From assembly GCF_036588685.1 (NCBI RefSeq), contig NC_086373.1, forward strand, positions 372,001-436,000: 64,000 nt of DNA. Direction: 5' to 3'. Positions 1-13,239 of the stretch are shown here, piece by piece. The stretch is from Mytilus trossulus (lineage: Eukaryota). The notes below the pieces were generated by a model, which ran no database searches, was not told the origin of the DNA, and saw nothing but the letters and a program-made list of their open reading frames with translations. The position numbers and the translations under genes were made by a program. How positions within the stretch are numbered: the stretch's first letter is position 1; each line of letters opens with the position of its first letter.

Positions 1-1190
1 CCACTCTTGTTTACCGACTCGTCCCACTTTTAAAAAAGTGTAAAATCAAATTAAACAATCAATCTGACAACTTACTTATTAACGAAAAGGGTTTTAACCC
101 CACTGAATAAAGGTCTACCATCTCGCCCCACTTATAAACATATCTTGCTTCCTTTAATTATGTTAACTTACTGATAGTTGGTATCCAGTAGTCCTGGTAT
201 GGTGGTATGTGTGGTTGGTTGATATGCTTAAGGTCTTGAGTTCGACTCCCAGCATATACACTGGACTTTTTTTACGACAGTCGTGAGGTTCTACGATTTT
301 TTTTTATTAAAATGGTTTATATTGGTATCCACGACAATGTGTTTATCGCACGACAGTCCAACGACTGTGGTAAGACATTCTCGCGACAGCAAGAAAATCG
401 AGGAGCAAAAAAGGTGCATGTCCAATTTTCTTCCCACGACACACGACAGCGCCACGGTGCTCAAAATATCGTGCGACTGTCGTACTACGGTCAAAGATAA
501 CCTGCGATTTGACCAAATTTCATGTCGTGGCGCTGCATAGATGTGTCGTTGTTTTGTAGTGACCAGGGCTTTAGGTTCACCATAACAAACGAACAAATAT
601 GGCTGTATTTACATGCCAAAAAATACTCCGAGTACAGACTTACCTGTGATGCATGTTACCCACTAGATATAATAAAGTTAAATGCATTTTGTTTTGTCAG
701 AAAGAGAAAATCTCTCTTGGATTTTGATGGGCATTTTTTTCATTCATGCATAAGGTGTTGTGGTACAACTATGAGATGCTTCCTCTGGTAAAAAGCCGGT
801 TTGTATTGTTTTGATTGTCCTTAATTGACATGGACACCAGGTATCTTCACAACTACAGGTGAGTTAAAGAGTTTGTCAGAGTCAGTGAGTGGACAGTATC
901 AAAGTAATTCAGGTGTTTGTTTATTTTCACACCTTCTGCAGAAAGGAATAAAAATGCCCATCAAAAGCTAAGAAAGATCTTTCTTAAACACAAAATGCAT
1001 CTAACTTATATGTATCTGGTTAATGCTAGACATTAAAACTTTCCAAACAGCACAGGTAAGTCTGTATACAGAGTAGTTTTTGAGGTGAAAATACGGCCAT
1101 ATTTGTCCATTTGTTAGAATGAACCTTAATCTTTTCCGGAAGATAATGTATTTTTTACGGTGTGTTTAATAGGTTTGTTACACTGTAATA

Positions 1191-2291
1191 TCTATAATAC
1201 TAAAATTACGAGGTCCAATTTGTCAGCCGTCATCACGTAAAAACGACGAATCAAAGAATTCAACTTTATATATAACTAATATAGTACAAAGGTGTAGATT
1301 AAAAATTACACCACTCCAGGCCCTATTGTTTTCCACGTAATTAATATTGCCAATAATTAAGAAGTTCCGGGTCGAGTCCGATACCGATACCAATAGTATA
1401 TTAATCTGTTACCTATTACCTTATCTGTACGTACCGCATTTGACAGGCGCACCACCAAACGGTGTATTCAGGATATGCTATAGACACGGGTCATAATCAC
1501 AGGGTTGACACTACTAAATTGTTACCTATTGTAGTATTTTAATCAGTAAGACTTTATAAGATAACAAAACGAATACTAAAAATAAGGCGTATAGGTATAG
1601 TTTTCAAATTGTTAGCGGGCATGACGTAAAACAGCGAATCAAAGAAGTCAACTTTATTTATAACTAATATAGGACAATGATGTTGATTAAAAAAATACTC
1701 CATCCCAGGACCTATTGTTTTCCAAATAATTAATATTACCAATAATTGATAAGTTCCAGTTAGACGGGTTCAAACAGAGAGATTTGAAAGCAGAGAAAAC
1801 TGTGATAACTATCTTATAATCGGCATGACTTTATCAGATGACAATACAAATACAAAAATAAGTCTTGCGCATAGTTATATACTTTAATAATTGCATTAGA
1901 TGTATGTTTCATTATAATACTTTATTTTGATTGGCTAACTGCACAGCACGTGTTAGTCCGTAAGCAATTGGATCACTCAATAAAACTTTTCATTCATGAT
2001 AGCACGTGGTCCAACAATAAAGTGCACAGGTAAATGAAATACAAAATTTATAAAATTCGTGGTTTCATGGTCATAGCTAAAAAATGTAATTATAAGTATT
2101 GAATGCTTCTTTTTGTAACTTTATAGGGTTGTAAAAGCATTGACCGTGCGCACATTTTTAGTATGAAGCGCTTCCGCCCTTCATACAAAATGTACTTCGG
2201 TCAACGCTTTTACACCCCAATAAATTTACAAAAAGAAGCTTTCAATTCTTAAATTCAGTCACGGACCCGCGATATCACGGGTGTGTTCTAG
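1191..2291 (+). mobile_element. Non-autonomous Helitron-like element
   Basis: Inserted between A(1190) and T(2292). Begins TC, ends CTAG, with a subterminal GC-rich hairpin CCCGCGATATCACGGG. Contains an internal direct repeat (~1195-1370 vs ~1572-1760). Confidence 0.75.
2093..2251. mobile_element. Foldback/palindromic MITE-like segment nested in the Helitron
   Basis: Left arm taagtattgaatgcttctttttgtaactttatagggttgtaaaagcattgaccg is nearly the reverse complement of the right arm. Inner arms acatttt..gtatgaag / cttcatacaaaatgt also pair. Confidence 0.75.
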
Positions 2292-3857
2292 TTATATAAA
2301 TAAATGCAGATAATAATATGAAACTCAGAAGTGTTATATATTGTCGTTCAATTAAGATTGATAGTAACAAAATTGTTGAATATGAATTATATGAACCTCT
2401 GAAGCCTTACATTATAACGCAACCGTTTATTAGTTCCTTATCCTAACTAAATGTTTTTGTGGTGTACACAATGTATATTACAAAAAAGGGGTGTTTTTAA
2501 AAACACCGAAATAACGTAACAATCCTGCAATATCTGTTTACATAATGAGATAGGTATTTTGTATTCTAAAACTGGTATTTCTCACATATTTGTTAGATAT
2601 GTTGGAAATAAAGACAAATGTTTAGTTCATATATGCACCCCCTCTATTTTAATTCATTAAATAAAGATACAGCTCTGAAGAATATGCAATAACCGAAAAT
2701 TTATAATTAAACTAACAATGAATTCAGCACATTTTTCTAACAAGTAAAGACAAATGAAAACATATATGATTTGAAAACGTGGTCAATTAAGTAGGATCTT
2801 GTGGTTTCGTAGACATAAATGATAATTCCACATTTTTTATTTATATTTTTCTTTTTTTTCATATTCTACATGTATATTTTTGTAATGCTAATGGATCTGA
2901 TGTATAAACCCAGTGGCAGATCCGGGGAAGAGTTCTGTGTTAAGATCCGTTTGTACCTGGAACATGTGGTTGGAAAGCCCGTTTAAATTACCTGCATGTT
3001 CTATATATATTTGTTTTTGCAGTGTCGAAAAGGATGATAGACAGTATTTTTATCAAGAAGAGATGGATATTGTTCCCGAATAGATTACTAAACATCAGTG
3101 TAATAAACGACTAATGAGCCTCGTCTAGTGCAAGCAATTGAGATGCCCTACCTGTAACGCTTACAGCAAAACCCCATTTTAATAAAAGCACGTTTAAATG
3201 ATGTATGGAAGTTCTGGCTGCTAACATCTGACAGTCAGATGTCTTGGAATTATTTTAAAGTATCATATGCTGATCTGAGATTCCAATTTGAACCATAGAA
3301 AGCAATATACATGTATAAAGATATGTAGAAGAAATAATCTTTATGAATAAAATTATTCCACAATATGAACTGTTTTTATCTGACTCACTTGAAAAAATAT
3401 AACTCAGATCACCCCTGTTAGAACAAAGGAGCTGGGATGTAATCTCACTGCAAACATTTTAAAAAATGTTGACAAGTTGACTTAAAGTGGTTTATATCAA
3501 GTATCTCCAAATGCACGTGCTACATTTCAACGTATGGCGAAAAGAGTTAAATGGTCGAGGAACAGTAAATATGTCATCTTAAAATATTGAGTACAGTATT
3601 GGAAAGTTGAAATCAACACTAGAGGATGACTAAGGAATAAAAAATACTATACCTATCCTCAGTAGCATGAGTTCGAATCCCGGCCAGCAAATTTACAGAT
3701 CTAATATTGTTGGGCTGTTATTTAGACGAATTATATGAATTATCTATATTGAATATATATTTCTTAACATCTGCGACATGCTTAGTCTGATCTATATGAA
3801 GACGGGGAATATTTAACTGTTTATGTTATTATCTACAACAGAACATAGAAAGAGGAG

Positions 3858-4225
3858 AAATAAAGGCAACAGTAGTATACCGCTGTTCAAAACTCATAAA
3901 TCCATGGACAAAAAAACAAAATCGGGGTAACAAACCAAAACCGAGCGAAACGCATTAAATATAAGAGGAGAACAACGACACAACACCGAAACGCAACACA
4001 CACAGAAACTGACCAATCATCAGACAAAACACCACAAGAATAACAAATATAACATGAAAACCATATACATGAATTTGGGATAGACAAGTACCGTGCCACG
4101 TCTTATCTCAATATCTCAAAAATAAGAGAAAACACAAACGACTCAACGTTAAAATGCAACACACAGAGAAACGAACAATAATATAACTATGACCATCTTC
4201 CTGACTTGGTACAGGACACTTTTAA
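3858..4225. repeat. Dispersed repeat (family also at ~12450-12595 in opposite orientation, ~25610-25745, ~52680-52850)
   Basis: Shared motif taaagg(c)aacagtagtataccgctgttc(a/g)aaactc in several copies. Confidence 0.6.
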
Positions 4226-5049
4226 AGGGGAATAAAAGTGGTGGGAATAAAAGTGGTGAGAACACCTTTTTGTGCATTTGAAGCAAAACCTTATAAAATG
4301 AATTTTTAAGTGAATTGTGTCATGTCACTAGCTGTATACGTACGATTATGATATGAGAGGAAGTTCTTATGACTATTAAATTTGAAGAAAAAAACATGTT
4401 GTGAAGAATGTTCGTACCTCTGCTTTCAAAAGACTGTATAAATCGGTAGTCTTTAAACAATTACAATGTTTGCATTAAGATCCTTAAAAATTTCGAACAT
4501 ATGGTGATAAACGTCAACAGAATAAAATGAAATGCAACCTTTTCTTGTTTTTTTAGATATGCAGTAATCTTTTTTTAATTCATGCAATCACTCAAAACAT
4601 ATTTGAAATTGTATATATCCAATATAAAAAAAACATTGAAAACCAATTCGATTGTTAACCATTTTTAAAATTGTCACATCGTAAAACGATTGAATAGCAA
4701 TGGAGTTGTTTAATGTATCACTAAAACGAATTTTCTTCATTAAATTTGTTCGATTTTGTAATAGAAAACACATATCAGCAGAACAGGGATGAACAACAAC
4801 AGAATTAATCTATGATAATAATAATAAAAAGTAGAATCACAAAAATACTGAACTTAGAGGACAATTAATTCGAAAAGTCCATAATCACATGGCAAAATCA
4901 AATAACAAAACGCATCAAAAACGAATGGGCAAGAACTGTCATATTCCTGACTTGGTACAGGCATTTTCAAATGTCGAATTAATTCATTTTACTGTAACCA
5001 ATCGTGAACTGCATGTTTCAACAGCCCAAAAAATCCGCACTTATTTGGT

Positions 5050-5291
5050 GACATGACTTATCATTGATATGGTCATGACTATAACTTTTTATTAAACTTT
5101 GAATTCTTCGAAATACTGAGGATTTTTCTAGTTCAGAAAACATTCCATTAGCTGTATAACAAAAAAAAAATGTGTTTTTAAACGAATGCTCCCCAACCTC
5201 TTTTTTTCTTCTTCGAGCGACACTGGTGAGTCTTTTGGAGACAAAACAAGCGTCTGGCGTACACAATTGTAAGCCTGGAATGTTTGATGAG

Positions 5292-5297
<6 letters not shown>
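5050..5297 (+). mobile_element. Degenerate retrozyme-family copy with mutated hammerhead (~5215-5262)
   Basis: cactggtgagtcttttggagacaaaacaagcgtctggcgt: core CTGATGA is changed to CTGGTGA and GAAA is lost. Confidence 0.55.

Positions 5298-5325
<28 letters not shown>
5298..5325. repeat. (TA)n microsatellite
   Basis: Direct observation. Confidence 0.9.
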
Positions 5326-5328
<3 letters not shown>

Positions 5329-5474
5329 TACATTAAAGCAAACATAAATATAACGCAAGCAAGTAAATAAATTTACCGACAATTTCAATATTAAACATGA
5401 CATTAAATAACACAAACTATCGCACATTAGTTTTCATTCGCTTTTTAAGATTATATTTTTGTTAATACGCAGAA

Positions 5475-6717
5475 TTAACCACATTCACTTATCTAACTGC
5501 TAAATATGTGTATGTAATGTCACTTCAATGATCACCAAACTGTCTATGGTCAGCCCTAACCCGACCAATATTTGTTCGATTGTATTGTATTGCAGGATGC
5601 GGGCATGTACTTCTATCAGTGGTTCGTCCGTATATTGCGCTTACTATTTTAATCTTGGAAATATACGATAGGAAAACAAAAGATAAGTGTATCCATCCTT
5701 GACACAAATCAATGCACCATTGGTGGATCCAGGGGTGGGGGTGGGGTCAGGGGGTTGGACCCCCATTTTTTTTACCGCTCAATGCATTTAAATGGGGACA
5801 TAAAGTTGGAACCCCCTCTGTCCTGGGTTAGGAACCCCCCTTTTAAAATGGCTGAATCCGCCCCTATGCAAGCACCACAAAAACACGTACAAAAAAGTAA
5901 TAGATGCTGTGCGTCTAAATAAATTTTTAGTACGCAAACTGACCTAACATTAAGAGAATGACGTGGCACACATGAAATTATTTCAAGAATAAAAATTCCA
6001 CAGCTTACAGAATGAACATATAATGTATGATAATTCATTATCACAAACAATAACATCTTCTTCACATAAGAATGTTTCCTTAGTATATGGATTCCCCACA
6101 GCAGAGACTGAAATACAAAATTACACATATTAATTATATTATATTATTTGTGGTGAATCAACTTCTAAGACAGTATTTTTTTTAAAAACGAAATGGAATA
6201 ATGTTATAACTATTTTTTAATTTTATAATTTTTGACGTGGCTGGGTATTGATACATTAAGTTATTGTCTTATTGTATATAGATATAGGAAGATGTGGTGT
6301 GAGTGCCAATGAGACAACTCTATATATATAGTCATGTTCTTGTTCTATTGTCTATCATTTCAACTTGTTTGTTTTGTACATAGAGTATGTGTTGACATAG
6401 TTGGTTGTTTTATGGAGATTATTGAGGTATTATCCCAGGTTTAATCCTCCATTTTCTACTTATGAAAATGCTTGTACCAAGTCAGGAATATGAACGTTGT
6501 TTCTCATTCGTTTAATTTATTATTAATTTATAATTGTCATACTTTGAAGCGAATTTCTGCTTTTCATCAAAACACTCTATACAGAGGTAACTTTGTGTAT
6601 AGATTTGTTTTATTTAGTAAGAAATATAAAAAGTAATATGTCTTTACAGTTTATAAACGTACCATATACGATTAGCATTCCTATGATCAAAAGTCTATAA
6701 ATGGTTTTAATGTCCAT
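5475..6717 (-). pseudogene. SUEL/rhamnose-binding lectin pseudogene, paralogue of 18381-19345
   Basis: Signal-peptide exon 6717-6663 (MDIKTIYRLLIIGMLIVY, 55 nt, GT donor, same phase as the intact copy). Exon 2 keeps SKIKIVSAIYGRTTDRSTCPHPAI and VRADHRQFGD, but has an internal deletion, GDPC changed to GDH* (TGA), a further TAA, and a MITE insertion at 5718-5868. The 3' flank aligns with ~18230-18380. Confidence 0.85.
5718..5868. mobile_element. GC-rich MITE (GGATCC-type terminal inverted repeats) inserted in lectin pseudogene exon 2
   Basis: Termini cattggtggatcca ... tgaatccgcccctatg; G-run/C-run interior; imperfect flanking duplication caatgcac/caagcac. A related end occurs at ~2911. Confidence 0.65.
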
Positions 6718-6749
6718 CGTCATTTACTGTCTACAATACATAATATGAA

Positions 6750-6958
6750 CATTTTGTTTATATAGATTAGACCGTTGGTTTTCCCGTTTGAATGGTTTTA
6801 CACTAGTAATTTTGGGGCCCTTTATAGCTTGTTGTTCGGTGTGAGCCAAGGCTCCGTGTTGAAGGCCGTACTTTAACCTATAATGGTTTAATTTTTAAAT
6901 TGTTATTTGGATGGAGAGTTGTCTCATTGGCACTCACACCACATCTTCCTATATCTAT
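6750..6958 (-). repeat. ~200-bp short interspersed element (near-identical copy in opposite orientation at ~36291-36494; fragments at ~6280-6330, ~29870-29940, ~63530-63640)
   Basis: Reverse complement matches tataggaagatgtggtgtgagtgccaatgagacaactctccatcc...ctatataaacaaaa. Confidence 0.75.
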
Positions 6959-7059
6959 TAGAAATATCATATGTTATGTATCTCGGAATGCTTTTTTATT
7001 GATCTTGTATAGGAAGCATACGCATGTTTCAATTGTTCTTCTCGTATATTTTAAGAAAG

Positions 7060-7745
7060 GACGATACTAAACCACTAACGAGAGGGATTGTGCCTGATAT
7101 TCACATATGATGAAGACATAATCTTTTAATCAGTTTAATTGAGGTTCGGAGCTGACATATCAGTTAACTGTTAGTAGACTGTTGTTTTTTTATGTATTAT
7201 TGTCATTTTATTTATTTTCTTTTGTTGCATCTTCTGACATCGGACTCGGACTTCTATTGAACTGAATTTAAATGTGCGTACTGTTATGCATTTACTTTTC
7301 TACATTGGCTAGAGGTATAGAGGAAGTGTTGAGATCTCATGAACATGTTTAACCCCGTCTTAATTTTGCACCTGTCCAAAGTCAGGAGCCCCTGGCCTTT
7401 GTTAGTGTTGTATGATTTTTAATTTTAGTTTTTTGTGTATAATTCGGAGTTAAGTATGACGTCCATTACCACTGTACTAGTATACATATTTTTAAGGGAC
7501 CAGCTGAAGGACTAGTTAGTCTTGTATTATTTTAATTTTAGTTTCTTGTGTACAATTTGGGAATTAGTATGGCGTTCATTATCACTGAACTAGTATATAT
7601 TTGTTTAGAGGCCAGCTGAAGGACGCCTCAGTGTGCGGGAATTTCTCGTTACATTGAAGACCCATTGGTTGCCTTCGGCTGTTGTCTGCTCTATGGTCAG
7701 GTTGTTGTCGCTTTGACACATTCCACATTTCTTTTCTCAATTTTA
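7060..7745 (+). repeat. High-copy dispersed repeat, probable 3' non-coding tail of a Penelope-like element (copies ~16305-16900 +, ~32830-33570 +, ~35050-35530 +, ~16160-16300 -, ~16910-17110 -, ~24360-24710 -, ~27064-27340 -, ~59275-59890 -)
   Basis: Shared blocks such as gatactaaacccctaacgggaaggattgtgcctgatattc and cagctgaaggacgcc..gtgcgggaatttctcg. At ~35050 it directly follows a PLE RT fragment. Confidence 0.7.
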
Positions 7746-10700
7746 TAATAATTTGCAACACATACATTACATCTTGGTGGTTGATTCATTGACGTACAGT
7801 CGCAAATAAATCATGCATATTTAGAGCATACGTCGAATACTAAAATCTTCCGTATCAAAGACTTTGTCTTCCGCAACCAAGCCGTATGCTGACTATAATT
7901 ATTCAATTATCGTTATTACAGCTAACAAGTTATGTAGACTATTTAAAACAACAATATAAAGCAAAGAAATATTCGTTTGAACAATATGTGAATAAACTCA
8001 TCATAGATACCAGTATTTAAGATTTTATATCTACAATAGACTCATCAGTGACGCGCGAATATAAAAATATTTAAAAGGCCAAATGAAGTACGAAGTTAAA
8101 AAGCATTGAGGACCAAACATTCTAAAAAGTTTTGCCAAATACAGCTAAGGTAATCTATTCCTGAGGTAGAAAAGCCTTAGTATTTCAAAAATTTAAAGTT
8201 TTGTTGAACACCTTGCAATTACCCTGTTCCATTGGTACATGCATTTCATATTGCATTACACAGTGTGACCTCTTACACATTCGGACGTAGGGCAGATTGT
8301 CGTCTGCAAGGTCAAATGTTGGAAAATGTTGGAGTCGTCTGCAACTGTCAAATGTTCTACCTGGATAGAAGATTTCGAAATTTTTACCTTTTTGGTCAAA
8401 CGAATATTTCTTTTCTTTATATTGTTGTTAATTAATTATACAGAATCGGAAGCATATAGGTTGATAAGTAATTTGTCTTGCAGACCATGAATGATTCGTA
8501 TCTGCATGAATTTTACATCTCTTCAGGCTATTTTAAAATTCATAAAATAATAATTCAAATCGAACGTTAACTTGCTTATAGTAGTGTTATTGCTTATTCC
8601 ATGGACCTTTTTAACATTTAGAGTTTCTTAAATCATGTTGGTAAATTTAAATGCCATAAAATCATCATTTTTTTTCACATTTAGCTCACGTAATAAAACA
8701 TGCGCGAACGTTTACATTCGGTATAACACGTCTTTCTAGATGAAGGATTTATCTTGTTTGGTGTGTCTTTAAAGGAGAAAGTGTAAGATCACACGAATAC
8801 GGAGTCAGTGAGGTCAATAGTTATCAAAGGTGCCAGGATTATAATCAAATGATTCACTTGCAATTGCTACTAAAAGAGGATTATCATTTCACTATTGCAA
8901 CTTTGGGCGTATGACATTTGCGCCGATTTTGAAAATTTTCATTCTTCCATTTCCGCCGATTTTGTTTGCCCCTAAGTAGATTTACAGGCTAGTTAATACT
9001 TGTACATGTACTGTACTATACCATTGGTAAAATCTGGTTATAAATATTGTTCATTTATGTTTAAGTTAATTTTGATTCATATTGTTCTAGAACTTCGTTG
9101 TAACATGATGGACATATTGCACACTAAAACCAAGCCGAGGAGTCAATTCTTTTATCACCGAGGACCATTCATATCGGAAAGTCAGTGTCCTTAAACATAA
9201 CAACATATCTAACTAATGTACCACAAAATCGTGGTCAGAGTCATCACGGCTTCTATTGCAAAACACAGATCGAGCATAACCATGTGGCATATGTCCGAAA
9301 GACAGAGGCTAAAGAACTACGGGTACGGTCAAGGAAAAAGTCTGGAGGTGTATCTTGTAAGCCTTTTTCCACCTCCCCGTGGTGAGCAGGGGACAACAGT
9401 TATATACATGGTATGATTGACAATTCATTACATTTGTAGAAGTGGCTAATGGAAGAGGTCTATTATGATATTATATGCATCTCGTAGATAAAGCACATTT
9501 AACTTACTAAAACAATGTATATTATAAAGTTGAAGCAAACATTTTCACAAAAGATTAAAGCTCATAACAAATTAAATTAAACTAAGAACAGTTTGATAAA
9601 AGAATAAGAAGAGAAAGAACATTTACCTTTCGTATACTCCAACAAACGTATACAATACAAGATTCACAAATATTATGTATAGGGACCTGGCGGAACTGCG
9701 CTGTCACGTTTTGTTTTCCGGAATGTTTATTTGATAGTTTTGTAAATTCCCAGTGCATATGATGCACCATGAGTTTTAAAATTGATTAACTACAGTAACA
9801 ATGCAAGGTTGATTTTGGGAGTTGCCATCTTTTCCTGTGTCAACATGCTTTTCTTGGAATCGCTATAGGCACACAATTAAATGCTACCTCAACATTCAGT
9901 TACACGTGTCAAGGACGTATAACTAACAAACTAATATACGTCCTTGCATGTGTGTATTTTAGATACGTTGATTTATATTTGAAACAAAATCGTGGGTGTA
10001 CTTCTAATCCGAATAATCCAGTCATGATATTACGATCACACTGATCACTTCCTTGGGGACAATGACCGTAAGGGGGCGCTGTAATTATTTGAGTTAGTGT
10101 AATTCTATTTCTATATACACCAAAAAAAACGATTATATATCGGAGCTTAAAATTCAATACAGTTATCTCCTAAATTGAGACTTTGTAAATTACATTACTG
10201 TAGTATTACCTGTCATAGAAGGAACACATTTTATTGGGCTTTATGTTCCAAGAATTTATTTTATGAAGAAGGAATGAATGTCCTAAACTTTTAGTTCTCG
10301 GCAGTTTTGTAATATACTATTTTGTTCCATTTAGAACAAATATTATACGGAATAAGTATACAGTCACCACATGACTTATTGTATACAATAAAACAAATCT
10401 TTTGTGTCATGTTCACTTTCACATTCATGATTTTTCATTAAAATCAAACTCATGTTGTAAATTATTGAGTGTAAATATTTTAAACAATTGGTGAAAAAAG
10501 AGGGACGAAAGATATCAGAGGGACAGTCAAACTCATAAATCGAAAATAAACTGACAACGCCATGGCTTTAAATGAAAAAGGCAAACAATAGACTAGTACA
10601 TATGACACAACATAGAAAACTAAAGAATAAGCAATACGAAAGTTAATTCAAAAATCGGGTTTATGTTGTACCAGTTTTTTTTTCCACTTCAATATAAATC

Positions 10701-10974
10701 ATAAAACCCTATAAACATGACGAGAAAACAAAATAATTCAAACGATTGTTTTTATAAACTAGCATAATCGCCATGAACATGATCAATTTAAATGTTTAGT
10801 TTTACATGGGTTTCGTATCAAACATACTTTAGTTTGATTTATATTTCCTGGACGTTGATTTTTGATTAGCCTATTTTTTTTTATTTATATTTTTTTTAGA
10901 AACAGGACTAGATAATCTTTAATAAAATCTTATCTCATTTAAAACTTTTTTTTTAAATTTAAACGTGTTGAAAT

Positions 10975-11170
10975 AATATCAAAGGTACAAGGATTATAAT
11001 TAAATACGTCAGACGCGCGTATCGTCTTCATAAGACTCACCAGTAACGCTCAGATCAAAATAGTTATAAAGCCAAACAGTATAAATTTGAAGAGCATTGA
11101 TGACCAAAATTTCCAGAAAGTTGTACCAAATACGGCTAAGGTAATCTATTCCTGGAATAAGAAAATCCCT
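10975..11170 (-). mobile_element. Truncated retrozyme-family copy, mutated hammerhead (~11005-11051)
   Basis: Reverse complement gagcgttaCTGGTGAgtcttatgaagacGATAcgcgcgTCtgacgta. Confidence 0.65.
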
Positions 11171-11181
11171 TGAAAGGTAAT

Positions 11182-12447
11182 GATAAGTTGATTTCAAGGA
11201 TGGTGGAGAAGAAATTAAGATTTTCCAACTCCTACTGGTTTATACTGATAAGTTGATGTCAATGATAGCGGAGAAAAATTAAGATTTTCCAACTCCTACT
11301 GGTTTATACTGATAAGTTGATGTCAATGATAGCGGAGAAAAATTAAGATTTTCCAACTCCTACTTGTTTATACTGATAAGTTGATGTCAATGATAGCGGA
11401 GAAAAATTAAGATTTTCCAACTCCTACTTGTTTATACTGATAAGTTGATGTCAATGATAGCGGAGAAAAATTAAGATTTTCCAACTCCTACTGGTTTATA
11501 CTGATAAGTTGATGTCAATGATAGCGGAGAAAAATTAAGATTTTCCAACTCCTACTTGTTTATACTGATAAGTTGATGTCAATGATAGCGGAGAAAAATT
11601 AAGATTTTCCAACTCCTACTTGTATGTATTGATAAGTTGATTTCAAGGATATCGGAGACGAAATTAAGATTTTCCAACTCCTACTGGTTTATATTGATAA
11701 GTTGATTTGAAGGATAGCGGAGAAGGAATTAAGATTTTCCAACTCCTACTTGTATATATTTATAAGTTGAGGTCAATGATAGCGGAGAAGGAATTAAGAT
11801 TTTCCAACTCCTACTGGTTTATATTGATAAGTTGATTTCAAGGATAGCGGAGACGAAAATAAGATTTTCCAACTCCTACTGGTTTATATTTATAAGAGGA
11901 TTAAATGATAGCGGAGAAGAAATTAAGATTTTCCAATTCCTACTGGTTTATATTGATAAGTTGATGTCAATGATAGCGGAGAAAAATTTAGATTTTCCAA
12001 CTCCTACCTGTATATTTTGATAAGTTGATTTCAAGGATATCGGAGACGAAATTAAGATTTTCCAACTCCTACTGGTTTATGTTGATAAGTTGATTTCAAG
12101 GATAGCGGAGAGGGAATTCAGATTTTCCAACTCTTACTTGTTTATATTTATAAGTTGATGTCAATGATAGCGGAAAAGGAATTCAGATTTTCCAACTCCT
12201 ACTGGTTTATATTGATAGGTGATTTCAAGGATAGCGGAGACGAAATTAAGATTTCCCAACTCCTACTGGTTTACATTGATAAGTTGATTTCAATGATAGC
12301 GGAGAAGAAATTAAGATTTTCCAATTCCTACTGTCAATGATGGCGGAGGAGAAAATACGATTTCAAACTCCTACTGGTTTATATTGATAATATGTCAATG
12401 ATAGCGGAGAAGGAATTAAGATTTTCCAACTCCTACTGGTTTATACT
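11182..12447. repeat. 64-bp minisatellite, ~20 copies
   Basis: Unit gataagttgatgtcaatgatagcggagaaaaattaagattttccaactcctactggtttatact starts at 11247, 11311, 11375 and so on. A partial unit resumes at ~12596-12628 after an inserted repeat. Confidence 0.95.
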
Positions 12448-13239
12448 AAGTCCGTTTCTGTGTGTGGTACATTTTAATGTTGTGTCGTTGTTCCCCTCTT
12501 ATGTTTAATGCGTTTCCCTCACTTTTAGTTTGTAACCCCAATTTGTTTTTGTCCATAAATTTTTTTGAACAGCGGTATACTACTGCTGTCTTTATTTATA
12601 TTGATACGTTGATGTCAAGGATAGCGGATTTGGTGGTATGCGCATGCTCTGACTTGAGAAGACGTATTTTTTTCCTTGAGAAAAATGTAAAGAAAATGGA
12701 TTTATAATTACACTTTAAACGGGGGATTGACTATATAAGGATGAAATTAATATTTTGATAGTGACGATGAACTAATATCTGAAGTTTGATATCCTGATCA
12801 TGATTTGACATATGGAAGGTTGTGTGTGAGCTGTTCTCAACAGAATGTAGGTATTCGTTTAAAAACTGTTAACTGTGTAAAGATAAACAACAACAAACAA
12901 TATAAACATTCCAAGTTTCTGTTTTGCATACCAGCCTTACACTGTTACTCCACCTTTTTGTATTACAAAACTACGACAATCATCTTTAATCACAGACAAA
13001 ATGCAACCCGAAACTCCAGTAAATACAAACAGGCTCCGTCATCACAGCAAGCCTACACCACCAATTCGCAATGTCTTCTCCGAGTTCATCACCCGTTCAT
13101 ATTGACCCTAACGCTATTCATCATGTTTCTTTTACTGCAGGCCTCAGCTCTCTGCAATGCCAGCCAACGACTGAAATTACATCTGCAACTTAACCGCAGC
13201 CAACTACATGCACTTTAGCCCAGCCAGATATACTTCAAA

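Noticed and set aside
195-255. tRNA gene (GTTCGA B-box; similar motif at ~3670)
   Set aside because: No cloverleaf or acceptor stem; at most decayed tRNA-derived SINE heads.
283-596. Overlapping ORFs on both strands
   Set aside because: They lie in a CpG-rich acgac/gtcgt-repetitive, transposon-like segment with no recognisable protein motif.
701-1055. Two splice-site-bounded segments (701-858, 942-1055) as coding exons
   Set aside because: The second has stops in all three frames and neither has recognisable homology; they could only be non-coding or relic exons.
11832-12340. Short ORFs in the 64-bp array
   Set aside because: Translation of a minisatellite.
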